Counted from the first letter of the stretch, positions 1 to 9,800 are shown. The stretch is 47,875 nucleotides of DNA from an uncultured Planctomycetota bacterium (GCA_902766935.1 CACXFR010000197.1:1-47875), one strand, 5' to 3'. Notes: generated by a model from the letters alone, not told the origin. Made by a program: numbers and translations.

Positions 1-870
1 CGTCTTTGCGGAGCGTTTGGCGTCCTGCGCGCCGTAGAGGCCGTCGGCCCCCTTTTCGTAGTCGAGATCCCCGATCAGATTCTCCGCCGTCAGGACGAAG
101 CGGGGAGTGAACCGAACCGTTCCGCGCGATTTGATCTCTTCGTCGGTGAGAGGCTTTTCGCCGTCGGTCAGCGGCTGAGGATCCCCGAGCGGCTGGAGTT
201 CGTACGTCTTGACGCCGTCGCGCGTGTCCCCCTCGTTGACCTGCATCAGCTGGCTTGTGCCGTTCAGGTAGTCGATGTTGTTAATGACGTAAATCCCGTC
301 GAGGTTGAAAGCTTTCTGCTCGTGGGGAACCGCCTCGACCCCGCGGTAGCCGGGAGAGTAGACTTCGCTCAGCTTCTGACCCGAGACGATTTCGGCGTGG
401 TCGTCCGAGCCGTCACGCTCCCCCTCCTGGCGGAGGATGACGTTGATCGAATTGTCCACCTCGTACTCCTGGGCGCTCGAAACGCCGCTGCCGACGAAGC
501 GGCCGGTGTTGGTGACCGAATAGACCATATACCAGACGATTTTACGGTCCATCTGGCCGTTTTCGTTCGGGAAATCGATCGGAATGAAGCGGATCGGCTT
601 AAAACTGAATTGGAGGCACCAGACCTCTTTCGAAAAATAGACGTTCTTGGCCCAGTCGAAGGAGTGATCGTCCTCCCCCGCCGCCTCGGCGGCGATTTCG
701 GGAATGTCGGACCACTGAAACGTTTCGCTGTAGTTGATGAAGGGACGGATGGCGGTCATCACCCCCGGAGCCGGCTGGCGCGGTTCCTGCGCCCGAGCGG
801 CCGACGCGCCGATCAGGACGAGGAGAAGGGAGCCTATCCGCAAAAAGAGTCGATATCGGTGATTTTTCAT
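1..870 (-). CDS. Hypothetical secreted protein; 3' end runs off the left window edge
   Basis: My own reverse-strand translation from ATG at 870-868 is open for all 290 codons to position 1: MKNHRYRLFLRIGSLLLVLIGASAARAQEP... This gives a clear signal peptide and ordinary amino-acid composition. It is absent from the ORF track, presumably because it has no stop inside the window. The + strand ORF 322..924 is its R/G-rich shadow. No family recognised. Confidence 0.6.
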   Translation of the reverse strand, partial: MKNHRYRLFLRIGSLLLVLIGASAARAQEPRQPAPGVMTAIRPFINYSETFQWSDIPEIAAEAAGEDDHSFDWAKNVYFSKEVWCLQFSFKPIRFIPIDFPNENGQMDRKIVWYMVYSVTNTGRFVGSGVSSAQEYEVDNSINVILRQEGERDGSDDHAEIVSGQKLSEVYSPGYRGVEAVPHEQKAFNLDGIYVINNIDYLNGTSQLMQVNEGDTRDGVKTYELQPLGDPQPLTDGEKPLTDEEIKSRGTVRFTPRFVLTAENLIGDLDYEKGADGLYGAQDAKRSAKT

Positions 871-961
871 TGTCGGTTTGGTCTTGTTCGAATGGATCGA
901 AACGGGAATCTTCCCCGAATCTGATTATAATATGAACCGGCGAACCGCGTCAACTCTTCGG

Positions 962-1003
962 TCTCTCCTCTCCCCCTTTTTCCCCTTTTTTCCTCTCTTC
1001 TTT
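962..1003 (+). repeat. 42-nt uninterrupted homopyrimidine (C/T) tract in the divergent intergenic region
   Basis: tctctcctctcccccttttttcccc...cctctcttcttt contains no purine on the + strand over 962..1003. It lies between the secreted-protein gene (start 870, -) and rsmH (start 1127, +). Confidence 0.9.
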
Positions 1004-1126
1004 GGGCAAAATCAGCATCTTTTACCAAATTGACCTGGAAAAGGACGCAGGAAAAGAGTAGCCTTCCCGCGGGAAAGGGTCTCCGCCGCGGAGGCTCTCC
1101 GAACGATTCACCCCGTTTTTCCGCCC

Positions 1127-2071
1127 ATGACCGAAGACGAAACCGTTCAGGACGACGGCGCGACGCCGGGCCGAACCGTCCATCGGCCGGTCCTCTTTCA
1201 GGAGGTGCTGGACGCTCTCTCGCCCGAAGCCGGGGGGATTTACGTGGACGGCACCTTGGGGGGCGGAGGACATTCGCTGGCGATTGCCGACCGCGTCGGA
1301 CCGAAAGGTCTGGTGATTTCGATCGACCGCGACGCCGCGGCGCTCGACCGGGTCGAGGCGCGCCTGGCGCGGGAACCCTCCGCCAATCGGGGAACCGTAC
1401 GGATGGCGCAGAGCAACTACGCCGACTTTCCCGCCGTCCTGGAGCTGCTCGGCGTCGAGAAGGTCAACGGCTTTCTTCTGGATCTGGGTCTTTCGAGCGA
1501 CCAGCTCGCCGACCGAACGCGCGGGTTCAGCTTTAACGCCGACGGGGATCTTGACCTTCGGTTCGACGCGACCGAAGGGGAACCCGCCTGGCAGCTCCTC
1601 GCGCGCCTCAGCGCCGAAGAGATCGCCGACGTCATCTTCCGCTACGGCGAAGAGCGGTTCAGCCGCCGCATCGCGCGGGAAATCGTCCGGCGGCGCGGCG
1701 AGAGGCCGATACGAAAAGCGTCCCAGCTGGCCGAGATCTGCCGGAAGGCGATCCCGACCCCGCCCGGGCGCGACCGTCAGCGGATCGACCCGGCCACACG
1801 GACCTTTCAGGCGTTGCGGATCGCGGTGAACGACGAACTCGGTTCGCTCGAACGCTTTCTGCGGCGGGCGCCCGACCGGCTTCTGCCGGGCGGAAAAATC
1901 GCCATCATCAGTTTTCATTCTTTGGAGGATCGGATCGTCAAGACGGCGTTTCGCGACACGCCGGGACTCGAAGTCCTGACGCGCAAGCCGATCGAAGCCG
2001 GTCAAACGGAACAGCAAGAGAATCCGCGCGCGCGGAGCGCCAAGCTGCGGGTCGCCCGCCGGATTCTCTGA
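1127..2071 (+). CDS. rsmH: 16S rRNA (cytosine1402-N4)-methyltransferase RsmH (MraW)
   Basis: N-terminal HRPVLFQEVLDAL, SAM motif VDGTLGGGGHS, SFHSLEDRIVK and a C-terminal NPRARSAKLRVA tail are all typical of RsmH. Length 314 aa. Confidence 0.93.
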   Translation: MTEDETVQDDGATPGRTVHRPVLFQEVLDALSPEAGGIYVDGTLGGGGHSLAIADRVGPKGLVISIDRDAAALDRVEARLAREPSANRGTVRMAQSNYADFPAVLELLGVEKVNGFLLDLGLSSDQLADRTRGFSFNADGDLDLRFDATEGEPAWQLLARLSAEEIADVIFRYGEERFSRRIAREIVRRRGERPIRKASQLAEICRKAIPTPPGRDRQRIDPATRTFQALRIAVNDELGSLERFLRRAPDRLLPGGKIAIISFHSLEDRIVKTAFRDTPGLEVLTRKPIEAGQTEQQENPRARSAKLRVARRIL

Positions 2072-2092
2072 ACCTGTAACACGAGGAACCCG

Positions 2093-5000
2093 ATGAAAGA
2101 TCGTTACGACAATTTCTTTGACGCCCAGCAAGATCCGTACGAATACGACGCGGACGACGAGAACAACGCTGAAGAATACGAAGAGGACGAGCTTGAAGAC
2201 GAGGAATCGCTCGAAGAGGACGACGACGAGTCCTCCGACGACGAGGAATTAGAAGACGAAGACGGCGAAGAGTACGCGGAAGAGGAAGAAGAAGAGGACG
2301 AAGAGTACGCGGAAGAAGACGGCGAAGAGGAGGAAGAAGAAGTCCCGGCGGCGCCGGCGGCTTCGTCCCGCCCCTTCGGAAACAGTCTGAATATCCGTCT
2401 CGACGATCTGAATCGAAACAACCATCGAAGCCAGGATTCGTCCGGCCGGCCGAACGGGGGTTCCTCGCAGGCGCGGCCGCAGGGGACCGACCGCGGCATG
2501 GTCTTTAAGCAGGTGAAACCGACTCCGGCGGCGTCAAGCGGATACACAGCGCCGCCGAACCGCCCGGCGGCGCCGATCCAGCCCGCGCGTCCGATTCGGG
2601 ACGACGCGCCGGTCAGCGCGAACCGGGAAAACGCCGCGCCGATCGACTTCAGCCCGGTCGACGAAGAGGAAGCCGAACCCCCGAAAAAAGGTTTCTTCTC
2701 GAGGCTCGCGCCGTGGAAGCGGGAGACACCGCATGCCGAATACGAGGACGAAAAGGTCAATTCCGGCGAGAACGAAACGACCGACGAGGAACTCGACGAA
2801 AACGACGGGCGTCCCGGCCGCCTCCGTCGCTTCCTCGCGATCTTTTCGCGCGGCTCGGCCGAACAGGAATCGGAAGAAGCCGAAGACGGGGAGGCTCTCT
2901 CCGACGAGTCGGGAACGAAGATCGCCCGTCTCGGAAGAAAAGTCTCTCACAAATTCTCGTCCCTGACCAGCCGCGTCCGCGGGCGTCTGCGGACCGACGA
3001 AACCCTCGACGAATTCAAGGAAGGACTCGCCGAATCGGAGGAAGACGCGCAGGAGCGTCCCCACGGCCGGCTCCGCCGACTGCTCAAAGCGGGAACGATC
3101 GGCGGCGCGGCGGCAGTTCTCGTCTTCATTTGCTATACAGGATACAAACACATGGCCGGATCGGGGACGAATTCCGATTCGCCCTCCGCGGAACTCGCCG
3201 CGACCGAAGGTCAGGGGAACGACGCCCTCGGCGGCCTTTCGTCCCGCGCCGAATCGACCGACCTCGAGACGACGCCGCTCGATTCGATTACCGACGAGTT
3301 CGCCGCCCTGGGGGACAAAATCTCCGAGCAGGCCGATGCCCTTTCGGATAAAGTCGGCGAAACGATCGATTCGGCCGCCGCCCGACTCACTTCGAGCGGA
3401 CAGGACGCGCTCGATTCGCTCGACGACCTTCTGGCGGACGGTGAGACGCCGAGCGGAAATGCGCAAAACGGCGAGGCGCTCGGCGCCGCTGCCGGCGCGG
3501 CGGCCGCCGCCGCGGCCGGAATCGCCGCCCTTTCGGAAAAAAGCGGCGGGTCCGGAAACGGGACCGCGGCCGACGACGAACTCGATTTCGGCTTCGACGC
3601 GGCGCAGGAGGACACCCTTTCGAGTTCCGAGACGACCCCCGCCTTCGCCGACAACCGAGCCGACGGCGGTCTTTCTCTCGATCAGGTTAAGGAAAACCTT
3701 TCCGAAGCCGGAGAACAGCTCAAAGACGGGTTCAAGTCGGGGGTGGAGAAGGTCGACAACTCGCTGAAAAAGGCGGGAGAAAAGACCGGCGAATTTCTCG
3801 ACAACGCCGCGCAGGATTTCAAAAGCGACATGGCTCAGGCCGGCGAGCAGGCGCAGGACGCCGCGCAGAAAGTCGGCGACTGGGCGAGCAACACCTACGA
3901 CAGCGCCAAGGAAAAAGTCGGCGACGCCGCGCAGAAAGTCGGCGACTGGGCGGGCAGCACTTACGACAGCGCCAAAGATAAAGTCGGCGACGCCGCCGCC
4001 AGCGTAAAGAGCGGACTGAGTCAGGCGGAAAGTCAGGCACAGGACGCCGCGCAGAAGGTCGGCGACTGGGCGGGCGACTCGTACCAGAACGCCAAGAACT
4101 GGACGCAGGAGACCGCCGACCGGGTGAGCGGATCTCTTCAATCGTCGTCGGCCGCCGGCGCCGTTCCGGCCGCCGCTCCGCAGCCGACCGCCGGTTCGCT
4201 CCAAAACAGCGGCGGCCGGACGCAGGGGCTTTCCCTCGGTCAGCAGAGTCCGAGCGAGCCTCTCTTCCTGGAATCCTCGAACCGGGGAGCGGGCACCGCC
4301 TCCTCCCTCGGGGGGAGCGCCGGTCAGTTCCGGTCGAACTCCACCGCCGTCTCGGGGGGACGCGACACCCTTCTGGGGACTGCGGCGCCCGCCGCGGTCG
4401 GCGGAAGCCTGGGCGCCGCGGCGCTCCCGCAAGGCGGCGGCCCGGGAAATACGGCGCAGACATCTCCCCTCCCGCAGAGCGGCGCACCGCTTCGGGAAAA
4501 CGCTCCGACCGACAGCGGTCTGAGCAATACGGCGCAGGCTCCTCTTCCGGCGCAGAACAGCACGGCGGTCCCGGCCGCCGCGCCGGCCAGCGGCGCCCCC
4601 GCCGAAATTCAGGACGCGCTGGCGCAGGAAGCCGCCGCGGCCCGCTCGGCCGCGGCACAGCAGGCCGAACTGGTGCAGGGGCAGACCCCCGCCGAGACGT
4701 TCGCCGCCGAAACCGATCTTTCGACGATCGGTTTTGAAGCGCCCCGCGTCGAGGACGGCGATCCTCTCTCCGACTCCCTCTCCCCCTTCGGAGGTCAGTA
4801 CTCCCTCCCCGAAGAGACGGTTCCCGCCGCCCAGCCGGCGCAGCAGCTTCCGTCTGCCAACGGCACCCCCGCCGATTCGGCCGCCCCGGCGCCGTACAAC
4901 AGCGGCGCTCAGCCCGGATACGTCCTCCCGGGAAATAACAGCGTCGGCGCCGCCGCGCCGGGCGCAGGCTACAGACAGTATCGGACCAAGGACGGAGACA

Positions 5001-5143
5001 ATCTGATTAAGATCGCCGAAGACGAACTCGGCGACGGAACGCGTTGGGCCGAGATCAGCAAATTGAACCCAAACATGAACCTTCGCGGACGGCTCGACGA
5101 GGGACTCGTGATCCTCCTCCCCCCAAAAAGCAGCGGGAACTGA
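2093..5143 (+). CDS. Large acidic single-pass membrane protein with C-terminal LysM domain
   Basis: GAGGA-type RBS before the ATG. The N-terminal ~90 aa are almost pure D/E. One hydrophobic segment, AGTIGGAAAVLVFICYTGY, lies at about nt 3090-3145. A long A/S/G/Q/P-rich low-complexity region follows. The C-terminus YRTKDGDNLIKIAEDELGDGTRWAEISKLNPNMNLRGRLDEGLVILLP fits the LysM peptidoglycan-binding consensus. Confidence 0.8.
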   Translation: MKDRYDNFFDAQQDPYEYDADDENNAEEYEEDELEDEESLEEDDDESSDDEELEDEDGEEYAEEEEEEDEEYAEEDGEEEEEEVPAAPAASSRPFGNSLNIRLDDLNRNNHRSQDSSGRPNGGSSQARPQGTDRGMVFKQVKPTPAASSGYTAPPNRPAAPIQPARPIRDDAPVSANRENAAPIDFSPVDEEEAEPPKKGFFSRLAPWKRETPHAEYEDEKVNSGENETTDEELDENDGRPGRLRRFLAIFSRGSAEQESEEAEDGEALSDESGTKIARLGRKVSHKFSSLTSRVRGRLRTDETLDEFKEGLAESEEDAQERPHGRLRRLLKAGTIGGAAAVLVFICYTGYKHMAGSGTNSDSPSAELAATEGQGNDALGGLSSRAESTDLETTPLDSITDEFAALGDKISEQADALSDKVGETIDSAAARLTSSGQDALDSLDDLLADGETPSGNAQNGEALGAAAGAAAAAAAGIAALSEKSGGSGNGTAADDELDFGFDAAQEDTLSSSETTPAFADNRADGGLSLDQVKENLSEAGEQLKDGFKSGVEKVDNSLKKAGEKTGEFLDNAAQDFKSDMAQAGEQAQDAAQKVGDWASNTYDSAKEKVGDAAQKVGDWAGSTYDSAKDKVGDAAASVKSGLSQAESQAQDAAQKVGDWAGDSYQNAKNWTQETADRVSGSLQSSSAAGAVPAAAPQPTAGSLQNSGGRTQGLSLGQQSPSEPLFLESSNRGAGTASSLGGSAGQFRSNSTAVSGGRDTLLGTAAPAAVGGSLGAAALPQGGGPGNTAQTSPLPQSGAPLRENAPTDSGLSNTAQAPLPAQNSTAVPAAAPASGAPAEIQDALAQEAAAARSAAAQQAELVQGQTPAETFAAETDLSTIGFEAPRVEDGDPLSDSLSPFGGQYSLPEETVPAAQPAQQLPSANGTPADSAAPAPYNSGAQPGYVLPGNNSVGAAAPGAGYRQYRTKDGDNLIKIAEDELGDGTRWAEISKLNPNMNLRGRLDEGLVILLPPKSSGN
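3857..4100 (+). repeat. In-frame tandem repeat (66-nt / 22-aa unit) inside the LysM protein gene
   Basis: gacgccgcgcagaa(a/g)gtcggcgactgggcg recurs at 3857, 3923 and 4043, with a partial copy at 3989. It encodes DAAQKVGDWA(S/G)xxYDSAK(E/D)KVG. This is a coding repeat, not a CRISPR array. Confidence 0.9.
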
Positions 5144-5170
5144 AAAGTCTCCCCTGACAAACCTTCCGGG

Positions 5171-5210
5171 CGCGGACCGGGTCTTTCGAGGCCGGGTCCG
5201 CGTCCTTTTT
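5171..5210 (+). terminator. Rho-independent terminator after the LysM protein gene
   Basis: cgcggaccgg...ccgggtccgcg forms a GC-rich stem with one bulge, followed by tccttttt. Confidence 0.7.
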
Positions 5211-5296
5211 CGTCCCCGGCGTCTGGAAGCTCCCGGACTTTTCGTTTATAATAGCCCGCGGATATTCCGGATATTTCTGCCGCCGGGTCATGGATT

Positions 5297-6613
5297 ATGG
5301 TTCAAAACATTAAAAACCGAAAGCTCTGTTTTTGCGGGAAACTCGCCGGAATGTCCCGCAAGGAGGCCGAAACGCTCGCCCGCGCCGCGGGAGCGGTCGT
5401 CTCGTCGGCTCCGCGCGGCGACGTCAATCTGATTGTCATCGGCGAGGCCGTCCCCCCGGGGAAAACCCGGGCCGAGCTGCAGAGCGCGTTCGACGGAGAG
5501 CTGCAGCGCGCGTTCGAGTCGGGGCGTCTCGAAACGATCACCGAAACGACCTTCTGGGAATGGCTCGGTCTTCGTCCCGCGTCGGACGGCGCGCCTCCCC
5601 TCTACACGCCGGCGGCGCTGGCCGAACTGACCGGCGTGGCCGCGGCGGCGGTTCGTCTCTGGTATCGGCTCGGCTTTTTAAAGAGCGAAAGCCGGGTCGG
5701 AAATCTCCCTTATTTTGCGTTGGAAGAGATTCCCGCCGTCAAGCGTCTGAAAGCGCTCTTCGAGGCGGGCTCCTCTCCCCGGCAGGTCTCGAGGGCGATC
5801 GAACAGCTCCGAAAAGCTTTTCCGAACGACAAGCGGGTTCTCCTTCACATGAGCCCGACCTCCGACCCGAGAAAGATCCTCTACGCCGACGGGGCGCACC
5901 GTCAGGATTCCGGCGGACAGTCCTTCTTTGACTTCGACCGGCTCGAACCGAACCCGGAATTCGATCGTCCGGGGGAGTCGATCCCCCGTCTCGAAGACGC
6001 CTTCCGAACCGACGGCGGGATGCCGGACGCCGGGCCGCTCCTTTCGGAACTCTCCGGCCGGGACAGAGAAAACGCGGTCGGGCGGAAAGTGGTCGACCTC
6101 TGTCAGCAGGCATGGCAGCAGGAAGAGGCCGGCGATCTGGACGGGGCGATCACCTCGTGCCGCGCCGCGCTCCTCCTGGGGGGACCCGACACCGACATTT
6201 CGTTCCAGCTGGCCGAATTGCTGGCCGCTTCGGGAAACGAAGAGGCCGCCCGCGAGCGCTACTACGCCGTTTTGGAGGCGGACGGCCGCCATTTGGAGGC
6301 GATGACGTCTCTGGCGCGCCTCCTCGACCGCCTCGGCCGGCGCACGGACGCGGCAGAACTCTATCGGGCGGCGCTTGAAATCGACCCGGGGTATTCCGAA
6401 ATCCACTACCATCTGGGGGAACTTCTCTTTCGGATGGGGGAATCGGCCCGGGCCGAAGAGCACCTTCTCCTCTTCAAAGCGGCGGCGGGCCGCGGCGGGC
6501 GGTTCGGCGCCGGAATGATTTCGGACTCGGACGGCGGATCGGAAGCTTCCGACCCGCCTCTGGTCGAAAGCGCCGATCTCCTCCTCCGCCGAATCAGGGA
6601 ATCCTCCCGCTGA
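5297..6613 (+). CDS. BRCT - MerR-type HTH - TPR multidomain putative regulator
   Basis: The N-terminus RKLCFCGKLAGMSRKEAETLARAAGAVVSSAPRGDVNLIVIGE resembles the LigA-type BRCT domain. YTPAALAELTGVAAAAVRLWYRLGFLKS...YFALEEIPAVKRLKAL resembles a MerR HTH. The C-terminal half has TPR-like repeats (AELYRAALEIDPGYSEIHYHLGELLFRMGE). Confidence 0.65.
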   Translation: MVQNIKNRKLCFCGKLAGMSRKEAETLARAAGAVVSSAPRGDVNLIVIGEAVPPGKTRAELQSAFDGELQRAFESGRLETITETTFWEWLGLRPASDGAPPLYTPAALAELTGVAAAAVRLWYRLGFLKSESRVGNLPYFALEEIPAVKRLKALFEAGSSPRQVSRAIEQLRKAFPNDKRVLLHMSPTSDPRKILYADGAHRQDSGGQSFFDFDRLEPNPEFDRPGESIPRLEDAFRTDGGMPDAGPLLSELSGRDRENAVGRKVVDLCQQAWQQEEAGDLDGAITSCRAALLLGGPDTDISFQLAELLAASGNEEAARERYYAVLEADGRHLEAMTSLARLLDRLGRRTDAAELYRAALEIDPGYSEIHYHLGELLFRMGESARAEEHLLLFKAAAGRGGRFGAGMISDSDGGSEASDPPLVESADLLLRRIRESSR

Positions 6614-6878
6614 AAACAACCGAAAACCGCCCCGCCGAAGGGGGAGTTTTCGAGCGAAAAACGGTTCGTTTCCTCCCCCGCGCCCCGCGGGAAGACCCTT
6701 TTTATTTGCCCCCGATAATGTATAATGGGGAAGTTGCCCTCTCTCCCGCCGCCGGGGAGTCTTTTTGTTTTCCGCCTGGGCCGGTACGGCCGGAGGCGCG
6801 CGGCGTCCGAAATTCCTTCTTCCCTTTCGGCGGAGGGATTCGGACGGGGACAGTCAACCACCTTGAAAGGACGTTTCT

Positions 6879-9800
6879 ATGCTTTGGGAAGTCGACATTT
6901 TCGCCGCGCCCGGTCAGCTTGACCGCGCGGCCTCCGATACCGCCTCCGATGCGGCCGATATGGGGCTCTCCTCCGATCTGTCGGCGGTCGCGGCGCGGGG
7001 TTACCTGATCGAAGGGGATCTCGACGCGCCGCAGATTGAAAAGCTCGCCGCGCTCTTTCTGGCCGATCCGGTCGTCGAACGGACGGTGATCGGCCGGGTC
7101 GGCGATCCGAAGCTCGATCTCCCTCCGGGGGCGGCCGATGCGCCCGAACCGATCTACGTCCTTCCGAAACCGGGGGTGACCGACTCGGTCGCCGACAACG
7201 CCCGCAAGACGTTCCCCCTCTTCGGCGTCGCCGCCAAGGGATGCCGCACCTTCAAAAAATACTGGATCAGCGGCGTGACCGACGCCCAGCTCGATCTGGT
7301 CGCCCACAAGCTCCTGGCCAACGACGCGATCGAACAGCTCGTCCGGGGAAAGCTCCCCTTTACGAAACTCCAGGTCGGTTCCCCCGGCGCGTTCAACCTG
7401 CGAACCGTGGCGATCCGCGCGATGTCCGAGGCCGAACTCGAGACCCTCAGCAAAAAGGGTCAGCTTTTCCTCTCGATCACCGAGATGAAGACGATCCAGG
7501 GCTATTTCAACGAACTCGGACGCGATCCGACCGACATCGAACTCGAAACGATCGCCCAGACGTGGAGCGAACACTGCTCGCACAAGACGCTGGCCGGGCG
7601 GATCACCTACTCCGGACCGGAGGGGGAGAAGACGTTCAACAACATGCTGAAAGAGACGATCTTCGCCGCCACGGTCGAGATCCGCAAGAACCTCGGGCCG
7701 AGCGACTTCTGCGTTTCGGTCTTTTCGGACAACGCGGGAGTCGTGACGTTCAATGACGAATACAACGTCTGCTTCAAGGTCGAGACGCACAACCATCCCA
7801 GCGCGCTGGAGCCGTACGGCGGCGCCAACACGGGGCTGGGGGGCGTGATCCGCGACCCGATGGGAACCGGAATGGGCGCCAAGCCTGTCTGCAACACAGA
7901 CGTCTTCTGCTTCGCCCCGCCCGAGACCGACGTCTCCGCCCTCCCGCCGGGGGTTCTTCATCCGCGGCGGATCATCAAGGGAGTCGTCGCCGGGGTGCGC
8001 GACTACGGGAACCGAATGGGAATTCCCACGGTCAACGGCGCGGTCTACTTCGACAGGCGCTATCTGGGGAATCCGCTCGTCTACTGCGGCAACATCGGGC
8101 TTCTGCCGGTCGACATGTCGTTTAAGCATCCGCAGGCGGGGGATCTGATCGTGGCGATCGGCGGCCGGACCGGCCGCGACGGAATCCACGGCGCGACCTT
8201 CAGCAGCGCCGAACTGACGAGCGAAAGCGAGACCCTCTCGGGGGGCGCGGTTCAGATCGGAAACGCCATCACCGAAAAGATGGTCCTCGACGTGATGCTC
8301 GAAGCGCGCGACCGCGGGCTGTATAACGCCGTCACCGACTGCGGCGCGGGGGGCTTTTCAAGCGCGGTCGGCGAAATGGGCGAAGAGATCGGCGCCGAAG
8401 TCGAACTCGACGCGGCCCCGCTGAAATACGACGGGCTGAGCTATACGGAAATCTGGATCAGCGAAGCGCAGGAGCGGATGGTCTTTTCGGTTCCGAAAGA
8501 AAAGTGGGACGAATTCAAATCGCTCGCCGAAAGCGAAAACGTCGAGGCGGTCGTTCTGGGGGAATTCAAACCGACCGGCCGGCTCGTGCTCAACTACAAG
8601 GGGGTCAAGGTCGCCGATCTGCCGATGTCATTCCTGCACGACGGCCGCCCGCCGGTGGTCCGCCGGGCGGTCTACACACCCGCTCCGATCGAGCCCCTTT
8701 CGGTTCGAATGAGCGACGACCCCTCGCCGGCGCAGACAGTTCTTTCGGCGGGGGTCGGCACCGACGACTGGGGCGCCGATCTCGACGCGATTTTAAGTTC
8801 GCTCAACGTCGCCAGCAAGCACTGGGTCGTCCGCCAGTACGACCACGAGGTTCAGGGGGGAAGCGTCATTAAGCCGCTGGTCGGCGTCTGCAATGACGGC
8901 CCGGGAGACGCGGCGGTTCTCCGCCCGATCGTCTCGTCGCGCCGCGCGCTGGTCGTCTCGTGCGGGATGAACCCCAACTACGGGGACTTCGACACCGCCG
9001 ACATGGCCGCCTCGGCGATCGACGAGGCGGTCCGCAACGCGGTGGCCGTCGGGGCCGATCCGGCCACGATCGTCCTGCTCGACAACTTCTGCTGGGGAAA
9101 CACCGACCGGCCCGAAACGCTCGGTTCGCTCGTCCGCAGCGCGCTGGCGTGTTACGACGTGGCGGTCGGATTCGGCACGCCGTTCGTCTCGGGGAAAGAC
9201 TCGCTCAACAACGAGTTCCGTCCGGTCGGCGCCGAAGAACCGATCTCGATCCCCCCCTCCCTTCTGATCAGCGCCATGGGGCAAATGCCCGACGCCGCGT
9301 CGGCCGTCTCGATGGATCTGAAAGAAGCCGGCAATTCCCTCTATCTGGTCGGCGAGACGAAAAACGAACTGGGCGGCTCGCACTTCGCGCTGGTTCGCGC
9401 CCTCAAGGGGGGGAAATCCCCGTCGGTCGACATTCCCCGCGCGCGGCGCACCTTCTACGCGCTCCACCGGGCGATTCGGGAAGGGCTTGTCCGCGCGGCG
9501 CACGACCTTTCGGAAGGAGGACTCGCCGCCGCCGCCGCCGAAATGGCGTTCGCCGGAAACCTGGGGGCGGAACTCTGGACGGAACATCTGCCGGTCGACT
9601 TCGTTCCGGGCGACCGCGAGCGGCTCGCCGCCGTTCCGGGAGTGACCGCCGAGAACGCCGCCGACGCGGTCCGCCTCTTCAGCGAATCGAACTCGCGTTT
9701 CCTGGTCGAGGTGCCCGCCGAGTCCGCCGCCGCGTTCGAGGCGATCTTCGCCGAGGCCGACGTCCCCCTCTGCCAGTTGGGGAAAGTTACCGCGTCGGAC

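Noticed and set aside
322-924. A 200-aa + strand ORF at the left edge.
   Set aside because: It is antisense to a better ORF (complement 1..870) that has a signal peptide and normal composition. The + strand product is R/D/G-rich and featureless.
924-931. The palindromic ATTATAAT as a bidirectional -10 element for the divergent genes. TATAAT-like hexamers also occur at 5247-5252, 6721-6726 and complement 45128-45133.
   Set aside because: No acceptable -35 hexamer lies at 16-18 nt spacing on either strand, so I did not list them as promoter features. They remain plausible -10 boxes only.
2150-2345. GAA/GAG/GAC-rich purine run resembling a simple-sequence repeat or array.
   Set aside because: It is in frame and encodes the poly-D/E N-terminus of the LysM protein. 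There is no spacer/repeat organisation, so it is not a CRISPR array or non-coding satellite.
6726-6878. Possible ZTP (pfl) riboswitch upstream of purL. The decamer CCGCCTGGGC (6772-6781) is identical to the conserved 3' element of ZTP riboswitches as I recall it. A CCGGGGAG block lies about 10 nt upstream, in front of a purine-biosynthesis gene.
   Set aside because: The obligatory 5' subdomain (GACUGGCG with P1/P2 pairing and the GGCG pseudoknot partner) is not present upstream. The decamer is expected by chance roughly once in two windows of this size at this GC content. It is worth an Infernal scan with RF01750 but cannot be called from the sequence.
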